Source: Callorhinchus milii
Lineage: Eukaryota
Assembly: GCF_018977255.1 (NCBI RefSeq)
Contig: NW_024704742.1
Coordinates: 128,714,001-128,778,000 of the forward strand
Length of the DNA: 64,000 bases
Direction: 5' to 3'
In this document: piece after piece, positions 48,081-62,633 of the stretch
Layout: each line of letters starts with the position of its first letter
How positions within the stretch are numbered: position 1 is the first letter of the stretch
Made by a program: the position numbers and the translations under genes
Notes under the pieces: model-generated
The model's input: only the letters and a program-made list of their open reading frames with translations
Database searches by the model: none
Told to the model about the DNA's origin: nothing

Positions 48081-50112
48081 TAAAATTGAAAGAAGACTAC
48101 TACATTTTGTATTTGTCAAACCAAATCTACCATTTTTAGTTGATACATAGTCTGCCCTATCTATTTTGTATCATGTAATAATAATAATCCTTGCATTTGA
48201 TATAACGCCTTATCACGTCTTCAAGACATCTCAAAGCGCTTCACAGAATATACCGTAAAGTGAATTGACTGTATATTTTGCGGGCAAAAATAGTTTATTT
48301 CCTTGTGTAATCTAATGATTTGACCTTTTAGGGACTGGGGAAAAAATTGACACCAGTTACAGTTTCAATGGACAATATGTCTTTGAACTCCCTCTGGGAA
48401 TATTGTCCTGTTGGAACTGTTTTCTAGAAGTGCAAAAGTGATCACATAAACCAAAGTATTCAACAAGGGTATGTTCATTGAACAGGTAGCATTTCAACAA
48501 TGGGAATCATCCATCACAGATAGTATTCTGCTCAATGCTAATTATGCTGACAGTTCGGTGAAGGTCAGAATTTAAGAATTATTGCTAAAGTCCTGATGCT
48601 AAGACTGCCCTTGGTCTATTGAAACACAAAGGCTCAATCTTCATGATGGTAAAGAGCTGGTCAAAGCAGCATTTCACAAGATCATTAGATTAGTTCAGAT
48701 GAAGAAGGCCTTCAGCCTGGTTTGATCTCATCCTTCCTGAATTCCCATTCTACCGTCCTCCCCTTACAGTGTTGAGCTAGTTTTTAAGTGCCTTTGCCCC
48801 AAGCACCCCTCCCTGGCAACATATTCCAGTTGTTAAATTCTCTCTGGGCTAGGAAACATATCCAAGTGTCTAACCTGAAACTGCCCTTTGTAATTCCAAA
48901 CCTTTTAATCCACTGTTTTGGGACACCTTAAAGTATAGCTCAGGGTTTACATTTTCAATCCCATTTAAAATGTTATTCACCTCTATGAGGTCTCCTCTGA
49001 TGGGTCTTTTCTCAAGACTGAAAAGTCCTCTCTTAGCCTGTCTACCAATTCATGGAGATCTTCCACTGGGAACTGTCAGCCTCTGGTGAATGAGATTTCA
49101 GAGCACGAAATGCAAACCATGCTTCCCTCTCTCAATCCCCATCCTTTTGGCAGTGATTTCAAATCATTCTAGTGAACTGATGAGAAAAAATATAGAGACT
49201 GCACAGATGTCATATATCAGTTCTGAAATGTCAGAATCTAATAAATTATGATTAGCTCTGCTGAACTAAGAACAAGTATAAAAAGCCTTTTCAGCTCTTT
49301 TCTTCTCAAGAGGATACTACTGAGTTCCTAGGAAGGAGCTATTGAGCCAAGAATCTTGCAGTAAATCAAAATTTGCGTCTTTATCTATGCAGCTAAATCG
49401 ATTCTAGAAATGTGTTATCTGAAGCATTCACAGTCAATGCCAAATTAAGGAAATACTCAGGCCGGATCAAGCGAATGATTGAAATCACAACCTAAATAAA
49501 AATGTATTTATTTGCAGTATTTAGTTCCTTTTAAAGGCATTAACATTTTAGGATGGATAATCAAGACTTATAAGTGGCTTTAGTTATACCTTCAATTTAC
49601 ATCAGTAGTGAATTAGCTGTTATTATATGTATGGTATTTCCCAAATAACATATTGCAAACAAGTTTCCAGCAGACCTACAGCAATGATATCACAAAGGAA
49701 ATATAATGCATTTCCACGAAAATCATTCATCACTGCAATAAAACCCTGGAATGTCCCCTAAACTAGAGTAAACACATTGGGGACGAGTGGATCCTGGGAA
49801 ATAAACCCTAAATTGGCACCAGCTGCATAGCAGTTTTGATGAATTATGAAGACCATAACACAAATGGTTTACTTTTCACAAATCTCCAGTCCCCAATGTG
49901 CAGAATACATATAATGCATATGTTCACATTCTGATACAGATTATGTTACCTTCAACTGTTTTTATTTATATTGTTTTTCATTATTTTTCAGCGTGATTAA
50001 TATTCTGGCCATAGGGTGACAGGTTCTCCATCTGGATCTAGGGATTTCCACATTTGGAGTGACTGCATCATGACTGCCTTTGATAGGTGGTATTTGAAAC
50101 ATTAGGATTGAA

Positions 50113-50424
50113 AATAATAATAATCCTTGCATGTGATATAGAGCTTTTCATGTCTTTGAGACATCTCAAAGCGCTTCACAGAATATACTGTAAAGTGAAT
50201 TGACTGTATATTTGTGGATTAAACGCATCAGCCAATTGCGTGCAGCAGCGTCCCACAAACAGTCGTAGATTGAAGTGACCAATTCATTATTGGTTTTTTT
50301 CTTGAGGGATTATTATCAGGCGTATGGGGTACGGAAACTTGCCCAAGGGTTTGCCCTGCCAGGCGGGAATCGAACCCAGGTCTCTTGCTTGCGAGGCAAG
50401 TGCTCTAACCACTGAGCTACAGGA
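50113..50424 (-). mobile_element. tRNA-derived SINE (intermediate subfamily)
   Basis: Full head, body and tail. Confidence 0.92.
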
Positions 50425-50494
50425 AATATGTGCCTGAAAGGCAAAACCACATCAGAAACGGCATAATCATCAGAGAAAAGCAGTTTGGGATGTA

Positions 50495-52660
50495 ATTAAC
50501 AACGACGACTTGCCTTTATATTTTGTGATGTAGTGACTTGGAATGCTTAACAGTGACATAGTTTGATGCCGAGCTGTGGAGAAAGGACTGGTGAGTGTAG
50601 GCATGGTCCAAGTGGAAAGTCGTCAGATGCGATCTAAAGATGGACATAGAGGGGGACAAGGTAGAGGGATTAAGGCAGGAGGTCCAGAGGTTCTGGGCCT
50701 AGTAGTTGTACACCTTCTGCAGGAAACCCCATTTCTGTCATCCACAAGAACTCTCCTCTGAGGCCTTCCTCACCAAGTTTCAATCTCAGCGCTGTAGCAA
50801 TGTATAGGTTTGATGAACTCCAGTATTGGAGAGTTACGTTCCCTTCACTCAGCTAACACTGGTCTACTGCGTATTTCCCAACTCCTCCATGCCACTATCA
50901 GTTGACATGCTTTCAACAATAATGTCCTTAAATTCTGGCATTCCCTCTCTCAATCCCTCCACCTCACCTCCTCTTTATCTATCTTTGAATTCCACCTGAA
51001 GACCTACTTCTTCAAACACGTCTACAGTCACAACCCCATCTCCTTTTCTCAACGTCTAACCTAGGAACACGAGTAGGCCATTCATCCCCTAGAGCCTGTT
51101 CTGCCATTCTATTAGATCACAGCTGATCTGTACCTCAACTCTAAATTGTATCATATCCCATATCAACCTGTCCTCTCCCTCCGCTCAGCAGGCTCTGCCC
51201 TGCTCCATGTCGACCGCCTGGTCAACCCCACCATCAGTGGTCGGGCCTTCAATCTCTCTACCCGCACCCTTTGGAACTCCATCCCACATTCCCTTTGCCT
51301 CGCTTCTTCCCTTGCCTCCTTCAAGGCACATTTCAAGACCCTCATCTTCAACTATGCCTTTGGCCACACTCCTACCCTCCCTGATTCCAACCCGCTGCTC
51401 GGGTCCAAAATCCCTGACTATCTAGTTTCTTGGACCATCCTCTCAATGTGAAAGGTGCTCTACAAATGTGGTTTTGTATTGTTCTTCAAACCTTCCTACT
51501 GTACAGTATTTTAAGATGCTATCCTACATTAAGGGCATTATATAAATGTAAACTATTGTTGTTAAATTCCCAGTACACTGGGCTAAACTGGCTTTTCATT
51601 TTTCATGGGATCTTTAACACCCAGTGATAACAGGCAGATTGGATCTCATTTAAAATCTCACCTAAAGACGTACAGCACTAAATAGATTATATGGGAAATA
51701 CATCCATTATATAGCAAAAGGACTCCACATTAGAAAAGCATTGTCAAATAAGTACAATTGACATTTATATATCACCTTTCACAACTGGAGACATCTCAAG
51801 CCGCTTCCCACCAATGACTGAGATCCCGAGCTGGGAAGGGTACCTAAGAAAGGGAGGGGAAAGGTGGCCAAAAGCACAGTCGAAGTGATACAATGCAACA
51901 AAGTACAATTTATATAGCGCCTTCAGGAGGACATCTCAAAATTCTTTAAGGAGATATGATTTAAGGGAAGCTTTCAAGATGGAAAGGCAAAACAGGGTCT
52001 ATAGAAACTTGCAAATCTACAGTACAGAAGGAGGCCATTTTGTCCATTGGGTTCACATCAGCTCTCAGAGCAAGGAGATCACTCCAGTACCCCCTCCCCA
52101 CCTTCTCCCCACAAACCCTCCAAGCTTCTCTAATATGCCTGTCTATTTCCCTCTTGACAGCTATAATGGACTCCAGCATCTTCTCTGGCAGGGAATTCCA
52201 TACCCCAACTACTCTCTGGGTGAAAAAATGAGAATTAGGCCGATAGTTCAGCAGAGGGAGCAGAATGTGTAGTATCTCAGAAAAGTTTAATCTGGCAGTC
52301 CAGAATGTGCTTCATGCATTCAAAAGATCAAGCCAGACAAGTGGATCTTGGATCGTGTATAAACTGGGTTAAACTGGTATGAGAAATTGTTAGGTATATT
52401 CAACCTCTCTGCCCCCACCTTTTGGAACTCCATCCCACATTCCCTTTGTCTCATTCCCTCCCTTGTCTCCTTCAAGGCACATCTCAAGACCCTCCTCTTC
52501 GAGTGTGCCTTCGGCCACCCTCCTACCCTCCCTGCCCTCCACCCTCCCTTATCCCAACCCCCTCTACCCTACTGCTCGGGTCCAGATCCCTGACTGTCCA
52601 GTGCTTTGGAAGTCCTCCCGACATGAAAGGCGCTATACAAATGCAATTTTGTATTGTATT
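50495..52660. mobile_element. Patchwork of short L2 and CR1 3' fragments
   Basis: L2 ends at ~50500, ~51150-51480 and ~52400-52660; CR1 ends at ~51062-51145 and ~52000-52230. Confidence 0.75.
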
Positions 52661-53337
52661 GTGAATGCATCATTATAATGAGTCTAGCCATTCTCATCTC
52701 AAAATGCTCAGGGTGGGAACATTTTAATATACTTTTTATTTGAGTGGAAATAACTAACTAATGAAATGCATGAATGCAGTGAACGTACTAACATATTCTT
52801 CTAGCACTTAAGCGACAGTGACATGGGTTCACTTCCTTTGCATGCTGCTCTGAAATGTGATTCCAATCTGGAGAAAACCATTAAGTCATATTTACTTTAT
52901 GAATTGCTATCGGTTCTCAATTTTCAGATGGGAGTCTGACACGTGCATAAACCCCTTGCCTTGTGTAAAAGTCTTCCAACTTTTGAGATCTCACAGGAGA
53001 GTCCCCTTTTGCAGTGGCGGAATGACTCCGCGAAGTATCCCTGAGCACCACTTGTGAAAATGGCTCCCAATTTGTTTTTAAAATCCACTACTGTTTATGG
53101 GACACTGCTGTACGTGATTTGCTGCTGTGTTTTGCCCACAAAAATATAAAGTCAATTCACTCTACAGTATATTCTGTGAAGCGCTTTGAGACTTCTTGAA
53201 GATGTGCTTAAGGCACTATATCAAATGCAAGGATTATTATTATTAAAATACATAGGTGGCTATGGCTGGGGCTCTCTTCTGCCTAGCATAGGTGCAGACA
53301 CTGCTCTTTCTTCCTTGCGGAGCTACTCTCCGCACCT

Positions 53338-54538
53338 TAACAACAATTTGCATTTATATTGTACCCATCATGGGATGTGATAGTGTCTTGGAGCGCTTAA
53401 CACTGGAAGAGTCTGACACAGAGCCGGGGGAGGGAGGAGATGACCATAAGCACAGTCCAAGAGGAAGGTTTTCAGGTGTGATCTGAAAGAGGGGAAGGAG
53501 GGGCAAGGCGGAGGGATTGCGATAGAGAGTTCCAAAGCTCCAGGGCGTAGTGGCTGAATGCACAGCCACTGATGGTGGAGCAGAGGTGATGAAGGACAAA
53601 CAGGTGGACAGAGCCAACTGAGTGGAGGCAGCAGAAAGTGGAGTGGAGAGAATGCAGGTCAGAAAACTAGAGAGGTGCCAAGGTGTGAAGGGATTTGGAG
53701 ACGAGTGAGAGGACTTGAAATTGATCTGTTCTGTGATAGGGAGCCAGTGAAGGCTGACGAGGACTGGTGTGATCGGGGTATGGAGTTTAGTGTGGGTGAG
53801 AATATGGGCGGCGGAGTTCTGAATCAGTTGTAGTTTGTGGGTGGTGGAGCTCGGGAGACGAGCAAGGAGGGCATTAGAATAGATGAGGTGGGAGGTGACA
53901 AAGGTGTGGACAAGAGTTTCGGCTGCGATAGGTATGAGGTGTGGTCGCCTGTGGGCAATGTGATAGAAGTGGAGGAAAGCGATCTTGTTCAGGAACCAGA
54001 TGTGGGGGATGATGGACACCTGGGTGTCGAATCTGATGTCTAGGTTAAGCACTGGTTCGGTAAATCTTTGGAAAAGGCCCAGTAGGTTGAGGAGATCAGA
54101 GCTGTAGAAGAGAAGATGTTGAAGGGAGCCAAGGAATATGCCTTCAGTCTCGCTGATGTTCACATGATGGAAGTTTGCGCTCATCCAGACCTTGATTTCT
54201 GACAAACCAGCTGATAGGATATTAGTGGACCTGAAGTCGCAACTGGTTCAGGAGAAGTAGATTTGGGTGTCATCCGTATACATGTGGAAGTTTACTCCAT
54301 GTCTGCAGATGACATTGTCGAGAGGGAGCATGTAAATGAGTAAAAGGAGGGGGCCAAGGATGGATCCTTGGGACACACCAGAAGTGGCTGTGTGGGGGTG
54401 GCAGGAAAAAAACATTTGTGAAGATGAAATGATAGCGATTGGTTAAGTAGTACTCAAGCTTACTTAGGTAATTGTGGCCCCACTGAGATGGTTGATGGAG
54501 GAGAGGCGGTGGAGGACGATAGCTTGATCAGCTATGTC
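53338..54538 (-). mobile_element. L2 LINE fragment (RT core to tail)
   Basis: GVSQGSILGPLL..YML, FHMYTDDTQIY, and ORF 53354-54205 with AETLVHTFVTS..LHWLPI. Confidence 0.93.
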
Positions 54539-54840
54539 TATTTATATCAAATGCAAGGATTATTATTATGGAGCCAGCTCAACCCTAGGGAACAGTTGTT
54601 CAGCTAAAAAATGAGCTTCTATCCATAATGAATATTACGGTTAATTGAAGCCGTGAGTTCAGACTGCCAAGGTACTCTACGTACAGAATACAGTTGAGAG
54701 TTTTCATGAAGTACTTCTATTGTGTAACTGTTTACAACAATCACAAAGGACAACTATTGCTAGGGGGTCACTTAGCTAACCTGCTGAATTTTTTTTAGTA
54801 AAACGGCTTACCTCTCACCAAACAGTGTCCATTATTCCAA

Positions 54841-55167
54841 ATAATAATAATAATAATAATAATAATCCTTGCATTTGATATAGCGCTTTTCACGTCGGGA
54901 GGACGTCCCAAAGCGCTTCACAGAACACACTGTAAAGTGAATTGACTGTATATTTGTGGGCGAACGCGGCAGCCAATTGCGCACAGCAATGTCCCACAAA
55001 CAGTCGTAGATTGAAAATGACCAATTTATTATTGTTTTTGGTTTTGGAGGGATTATTATTAGGCGTGTGGAGTAAGGAAACTTGCCCAAGGTTTCGCCCT
55101 GCCTGGAATTGAACTCAGGTCTCTCACTTGCAAAGCGAGTGCTCTAACCACTGAGCTACAGGACTCC
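54841..55167 (-). mobile_element. Young tRNA-derived SINE, full length
   Basis: Near-identical reverse complement with a long (ATT)n tail. Confidence 0.95.
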
Positions 55168-56334
55168 TGAATGGTCTGATGACTGGTTCAAATGTACAGA
55201 GGTACATTTAGCAAAGGTTTTAATGACATTAACCTATTAAAATACTTTAATTGGGAGATGTGCAGCAGGTCTTCTTGTATTCGTGAAAATATTATAGTTT
55301 TTCGATTGAAATATGTTTGTTCAAAGCAAATTCTATCGGATGATGTCTAGATAATGTGCCTCAGGGTAAATTTCATAGACCTTGGAAAGGAGGGAGAGGA
55401 AGGCTGGGAGATTATTTGATCAAAAATTCGGCAATTTGCAGACAAACGTATAAACACAGGATAATAATAATAATAACATGTTTGAAGGTTGCAAGTTCAA
55501 ACCTATTGCCACGCTGAATTTGCTTCAGGTTTTTTTTAACATAAATTGTAATTTTGAAGTGGACACTTGACACGACTTGTAATTGCTTTCACTAAGTTGT
55601 TAGAAGCAAATGGTTGCTGAGATCCCTCAGTATGGTGAATTAATCAAACTCTGGCAGTAATTTGGCTGTACCTCAGCTCTGGAGATAAGTTTGACCTGAT
55701 TCTTATGTACCAAGTTACAGCAAAACAGGGCACTTTGCAGCCTCCTGAAGTGAATAATGGAGAAGAAACGTAGAAGAAATGAAAGTCACAGAATACATAC
55801 CAACACTGCATTTATTATATTAATCACCACTGTCACAGAGTATGACAGGTGTGTTTTAGCACAGTATTGTGAGCACCATCTGAAGATAATGTTTCTGGCA
55901 ACCATACTTCTAATCATAATAATCCTTGCATTTGGTACAGCGCCTTATAATGTTGTTGTGATGTCTCAAAGCTCTTTACAGTGTGTATTTTGCTTGGCCT
56001 CTCCACACACATGCAGTGACTCCTCCAAAGAGTTTTGTTCAAGTGGCACTGATAATGATTTTTTCCTGAAAAAAAGCATAAATCTCTGGAGAACACAACA
56101 TTTGATTTTCTGGATATGTTTTATTTGTTTATTTGGAATTTTGTGAGTGAGTGATCCTTACTCTCACTTTAAATCTCTTCATGCCAGGCACCTCCCTACC
56201 TCTCCGATCTGCTCATACCCTACTCCACTACTTCCTGTCTTTGCTCGGCTGGCTCAGGTCTTCTGCACATCCCTCGTCCCCTCCACTCTACCATTGGTGG
56301 CTGTGCCTTCAACCACTAAACCCCAATATTTATT

Positions 56335-56816
56335 TGAAAGAAATATGCCTCCATGGAGGGACACATCCTGCTTACCTAATGCCAGAGAGGTTGGCAAGAG
56401 CCAAGGCTTGGGGACCCCAGACTGTGTGTTGTATTACTGCTGGAGTCTAACCAGCTGATACCACACAGCTTGTCATTTAAAACACTGCCTGGCAAGCTTT
56501 CCTGCTGCCTGTCCAGGTTGGATGACCATACCTGTTAGAGATTTGGCTTGCAAGGTTAATGGAAGCTGAGTGGGAAGAGTACCTGTCCACAGTGACTAAT
56601 CTGTGCTTCCAGGTCTTGTTAAAGAGCCAGGCTGGCTCTGCTGTCATTAAATGTGACCTGGAGTCCTGCGAACCCACTTGGCTCAGGAAAGTGACTGCCA
56701 AGACGGCCATGGAGAGTTGGCTCGATTCTGATATTCCGTTGCCAAACATATCACCTTGGAGCCAATGTCAGCTCCAAGGAGATCCCCACCTATCTTCTCC
56801 CAAGAAAGATAGTCAC
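56335..56816 (+). mobile_element. Unclassified interspersed repeat, partial copy
   Basis: CCTGCTTACCTAAT..GCCAAGGCTTGGGG..GAGTCTAACCAG..GATAGTCA. Confidence 0.82.
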
Positions 56817-56988
56817 AAGTTGGTCACCGATCGATAACTAAAGTCAGTCATGTCTAGAGATTACCACTGACATGAGCAACCTTCTGACTCAGAGGAGGAG
56901 TCAGATACCAAACAGAATTGTAGGGGTAATTTCTCTTATCTGTTTGTTTCTTTTGAATCTAAATACAATATTTGAATTCAAATGCCTT

Positions 56989-57020
<32 letters not shown>

Positions 57021-57117
57021 CCTTGCATTTGATATAGCGCTTTTCACGTCGGGAGGACGTCCCAAAGCGCTTCACAGAATATACTGTAAAGTGAATTGAC
57101 TGATTATTTTCATAAAC

Positions 57118-58693
57118 TCAAACCCACCACCTGCTCCCTCAATCCCATCCCCACCTCTCTCCTCATCTCCCAGCTCCACCTTCTGGCCCCTCTCTTGTCC
57201 GATGTCATCAACCTCTCCTTGTCCACTGGTTCAGTTCCCACCCCCCTAAAAACAGCCACCGTCACCCCCATCCTGAAAAACCTTCCCTGGACCCATCCCT
57301 CTTCTCCAGCTACCGCCCCATCTCTAACCTCTCATTCCTCTCCAAGGTCCTGGAATGAGTCGTGTCGCGTCCCAGCTCCACACCGTTCTTTCTTGCCATT
57401 CCCTCTTTGAACCTCTCCAATCCGGCTTCCACGCTGCCCATAGCATGGAAACAGCCCTGGTCAAAGTCACTAATGACATTCTGAAGATCTGATGATCAGG
57501 GCTCCCTTTGCCTCCTTGTCCGTCTCGACCTCTCTGGCACCTGTCGACATTGTCGACCACTCTATCCTCATTCACCGCCTCTCCTCTTTGCTTAACTTTC
57601 GCGGACCTGCCCTTGTCTGGTTCGCATCCTATCTCTCTCACCATTTCCACTTTGTTGCCTCTAATGGTTTCTCCTCCAGCCCCTGGACTGTCACGTCTGG
57701 CATCCCCCAGGGCTCTGTCCTTGATCCTCTCCTCTTTAACATCTACATGCTCCCCCTTGGTGACATCATCCGCAGACATGGGGTCAACTTCCATATGTAT
57801 GCAGATGGCACCCATCTCTATCTTTCTGCCTCCACCTTCAACTTCAGGACCACAACGGTACTGACAGACTGCCTGTCGGACATCAAGTCCTGGATGAGGG
57901 CAAATTTCCTTCAGTTGAATGTAAACAAGACTGAGGCCCTCCTGATTGGCTCGCGCCAGCGCCTCTGCACCTCAGGCTCTGGCAGCATCAACCTCCATGG
58001 TTGCACACTACAACTCACCAAGCCAGTCAGGAATCTAGGTGTCTTGTTCGACCCTCACCTGTCTTTTCTTCCCCACTTCCAAGCCATGACAGGCTCTAGG
58101 TTCCCTCACCTCCATAACATCGCCTGATTCCGTCACTACCTCACCCCTCAGGCCGCTGAAACTCTTGTTCATGTCTTCATCACCTCCAGGCTCGACTTTC
58201 AAACGCCCTCCTTGTCGGCCTTCCCAACTCCTCCCTCCACAGGCTGCAGATAATCTCTGCAGCCCATGTCCTCTCCCGTACCAAACTCCATGACCCCATC
58301 TCCCCATTCTCGCCCGACTCCATTGGCTCCCTATCCTTCAGAGGATCCAATTCAAGATCCTGGTCCTCACATACAAAGCCTTCCGTGGTCTCACCCCACA
58401 CTACCTCTGTGACCTCCTAACCCCCTATCAACCCGCCCGCTCCCTCCACTCAGCCGGCTCCGGCCTGCTCCACATCCCCGACCCACCCGCCCCACCATTG
58501 GCGGGAGAGCCTCCTTGAAGTCCCGCCTCAAGACCTCCTCTTCGACCATGGCATCAGTCACCCTCCTTCCCCTCCCCTCCCTTCTCCCTCCCTGACCCCA
58601 GCTCGGGTCTGAAATGCTGCACACTATCCAGCGCCTTGGGATGTCCTCCTGATGTGAAAGGCGCTATACAAATGTAATTTTGTTGTTGGTGTT
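57118..58693 (+). mobile_element. Longest L2 fragment in the window (~1.6 kb, RT domain to tail), flanked by a minus-strand SINE tail (56991-57102) and SINE head (58697-58845)
   Basis: [71 protein letters not shown]; contains stops and frameshifts. Confidence 0.95.
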
Positions 58694-59459
58694 GCTCCGC
58701 CAATCGACTAACAACTAGATTCCTATTTACTGCTGGGTAAACAGAGACTTGTGGAGTAAGGAAACTTGTCCAACGTTTCACCCTGCCCGGGAGCAAACCC
58801 ACGTCCTCTCACTTTGAAGGCGAGTGCTCTAACCATGGATTCCACTATTGAAAAACACCCATTTTATTGTAGATAGCACTGTACCTAGTTTCAGAGAAGT
58901 CTGTAGTCAGTCTTACATTATTGCAGTGATGTAACAAAACTAAATGAAAAATTCTGCCTTGTAAACCTCTGTTTGCGCGCTGTCGTGGAAACATCTTCTT
59001 TTTTCTGGGAAGCATGTTTATTATTTCCCAGTAACTCTCACTGTGGTCCAGATCAATTGCCAAGTGTTGCGTTTTCCTGTGACAAACCTTGCTGTGGCAT
59101 GCAGATGGCAAACACTGCTCTTTTTGTGCAAACAGTGGCCTGAAAAGAATGAGAATCTTGTGCCCCAAGCCTTGAACCATTAAGAAAATGCTCTCAGAAT
59201 GGGAGTCATGACAGGAATTCCTTCAGACAATGACAAACATGCTGGGAACACAACAGCATTTTACCTCCCATATCTACAGGACTAGGTCATAAATTATTTG
59301 TGTTGCCTTCTCTATTATGCCGAAATATTGTCAGTAACATTGAGCTATTTAGAGGCAAGATTATCTTGAGTTTATTTTCCTTCCAGCAGACTTTAATAAT
59401 AATGTTACCTTGTGCCATTTCCTTTCCTTTGCTGGATAAGTTCTATTTATATAATCCTT

Positions 59460-59805
59460 AGATTCAATATATCACCTTTCATGTCGGGAGGATGTCTCAA
59501 AGGGCTTCACCTTTATACTGTAAAGGGAGGTGACTGTATTTTGTAAGTGAATGCGGTAGTCAACAGCGATGTCCCACAAACAACCATGAAGGGAATGACC
59601 AATTTTATTGGAGCGATTGTTGGTCTGGACAGTAGAAAAAAACTCCCTTCTCTTTTCAAGTAGTGCCTTGAGATCTTTAACCTCCAACTGAACAGGAAGA
59701 TGGATCCTCAGTTTACTGTCTCATCTGAAGGACGGCACCTCGAACAATGCAATGCAAACTTTCTGACTTAGGGGAGAAAGCGCTATCAATTAAGCCAGGC
59801 TGACA
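59460..59805 (-). mobile_element. Old DeuSINE
   Basis: Reverse-complement Deu body and tail. Confidence 0.78.
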
Positions 59806-60199
59806 CAGCCTGACTGGTGCTTGACTTCAAAAGGATTGTACATCACAATACGTACTTTTAGATTATGTAATAATGGAGCATTTGCCAAAAGAAAATAACT
59901 TAAATTTGTGCGTCTGTACTTTTGGCATTAATAGCATCAGAACTAAAGTAATTAGTACAGGCAGTATTTAATGCTTAATCTTATTTGACCTGCTCCTTCC
60001 CTCCCCTTATTCAAGACACATTTCAAAATGTACCTCTTTGACTGTGCTTTTGGTCATACCCCCACTCGGCTCTGACCCTCAGCTTGGGTGCCCATCCGGC
60101 ACCGTGAACCACTTTGAGCCAGCCTCTAGACATGAAAAGGGCTATATAAATATATTGTACCAATCATACATAATAATCCGTGAATATAATGAGGCACCT

Positions 60200-60790
60200 T
60201 ATCCACACCAAAATACTTTACTGAGGTTGCTGTAAAGTGTAAAAGTGTAATGACTTTATTGGTAGCCAAACAAACCAGCCAATTTGTGCAAACAGTGTCC
60301 CACAAACAATCATGAACCATTTTTCCGGATTTTTAAATCTGTGGAAATGTTAGCTAGGAGAAACTCCCCTTTCATTTCAAATAACAGTGACATGGGATTA
60401 ACATCCACATCAACAAGCAGATGGACCCTTAATTTAAGTTCCCATTCGAAGAAAAGTACAGTGTTCTCCCAGCATTGCATTGTGTCAGCCTAGACTATGA
60501 GCTCAAAGCCCTGATGCCAGTCTTGAACCAACATACATTAGAATACATTAGAATATACAGCACAGAAACAGGCTATTCGGACCAACTGGTCTATGCTGGT
60601 GTTTATGCTCCACATGAGCCTCCTTCTGCCCTTCCTCAACTAAGCTTCAAGCATAACCTTCTATTCCTTTCTCCCTCATGTACCTATCTAACTTTCCCAT
60701 AAATACATCTATGCTATTTGCCTCAAAAATTCCTTTTGGTAGCATGTTCCACATCTTCTGACTGAGGGGTTTGAGAGTGCAATCAATTAA
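60200..60790 (-). mobile_element. Old DeuSINE interrupted by a CR1 3' fragment (60535-60757)
   Basis: Deu body to ~60530, then the CR1 tail, then the SINE head remnant CTTCTGACTGAGG..GAGAGTGC. Confidence 0.7.
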
Positions 60791-62354
60791 ATCACTAATT
60801 TTCAGCAAGCGTCACATTTATCACTTGATTTTTTATCACTTCTGTCTGCAAGTAAAAGCATTTTATTGATGATGTACAGATCCCATGGCATGTGTGCGGA
60901 AGACGCCGAAAGGACAACTGATGCTATTCGCTTTCAAAATGTCCTCAATCAATTTATTTACACGACTAATACAGTGGTTTCTATCGAGATTTCCCAAATT
61001 GAATTTTTTCTAAAAAGTGTCTGCATCCTTACAAGGTATGTTTGTATAATTTGACATTTTGACCCTACTTATGTCAATGGGTAAAGGGAGAAATCCCAAA
61101 TTAGGCTGCAACTTGTACCATAGAAATTTAAAGAATAATCCTTTCATTACCATTTACCTATACTTTCCCCATATCCCTGCAGTTTACTGTTTTTTAAGAT
61201 ATTTATCTAGTTCCCTTTCAAAAGTCAATATGGATTCTGCTTCAACCAATGCTCCTGGAAGGGCATTCCATATCCTAACAACTCTGTGTGTGAAAAAATT
61301 GCATTATATAAATTATAAATTATATAATATTTGTCAATTCTTATTTATCTGCAGAGCAAGAAGCGGTTGGATGGGGTGTGTCCAAATCTCTGACTGTCCA
61401 GCGCCTTGGGATGTCCTCCTGACATGAAAGGCGCTATACAAATGTAATTTGTTGTTGTTGTGTTTTATTCAATAAAAAGTATTGCTCTGTGTGATGCAGT
61501 ACCTCACAGATGGAAGCTTTTTGATTCATTAATGTCCCCCATCTCCCACAGCATTGTTACCATGAACCATCCAAAAAATACAACGGGATGTGTAACTGTT
61601 GTGGTCTATTTCTCAAGATGGAATGTGCTGCACTAAGCATGCAACGAGATTCGTGTTGGACAAAGAAATCAGACATTTGTAAAACACTTGACCTCTGCGT
61701 CTCAGTGGTTTCTCATTTCAGTCTGCAGCGTCCAGTGAAAACAAACACTTGTCTACCAGACATTTGAACAATTGTCAGTCTTTTTTCAGATGGCTTTTGC
61801 CTTGCAGGAAGAAACACAGCATGTCCTTGATATGATAGGAATTCATGGCGTTAAGGAGGATCATGTACTGTGCGGCTCCAGCGAGGGCTTGAAGGTTATA
61901 TTTTGCTAACTAACCTCAAATTGCAAATTATATGGCGATTTAGTTTCAGGTTGACATCTCGAGTGACCTTCACAGCAATGTAAAGCTGAATGTGTTTTCT
62001 TTTGCAATGCATGCGATTCAGTCAACCTGGAATGCCAAGCAGGGATCACAAGTGCACTTTTGTATGAGTGTTATCTGACTGAACTGATACTTCAGGTCCT
62101 CTTAAAGAAAATGTGTATCAAAATTAGTTTATCTTTTCTCTTTTTTCTCTTCGAATTTTCCTTTCCTCCCAGTTCAGAGGAGTGGAATACTTTAAATAGT
62201 AATGTAAGATGTTTGGATTCGGAAAGATTTTGTTGTTAGTCACTGGCTTGTTTGCAAATAGAAAAATGGATGTTTTCCTATGAAAATAAACAATGTACTT
62301 TTTACTTTGCAATTGCAATATTGCCATCTTTGAAGGAATTTGCTTACGGGGATC

Positions 62355-62633
62355 TAATAATAATAATCCTTGCATTTGCTCTTGCACCTTATCACGTTGT
62401 TGAAATGTCTCAAAGCGCTTCACAGAACACACTGCAAAGTGTATTGACTGTATTTTGTGGGTGAAACGTGGCAACCAATTGTGCTGTGTTTCACAAACAG
62501 CCATGGACTGAGTGACCACATTTTTTTTTAAGAGGGGTCACTGCCCCCAGAAAGCGATCTGCCAATCGACCAACAACTAGGTTCCTACTTACTGCTAGAT
62601 AAACAGAGGTATGTGGAGTTAGGAAACTTGCCT
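62355..62633 (-). mobile_element. Long-subfamily SINE lacking the tRNA head
   Basis: Tail, Deu segment and CCTCTGTTTATCTAGCAGTAAGTAGG segment. Confidence 0.85.

Noticed and set aside
57118..58693. Active autonomous L2
   Set aside because: It is 5'-truncated, has no endonuclease domain, carries several stops and frameshifts, and YADD is mutated to YADG.
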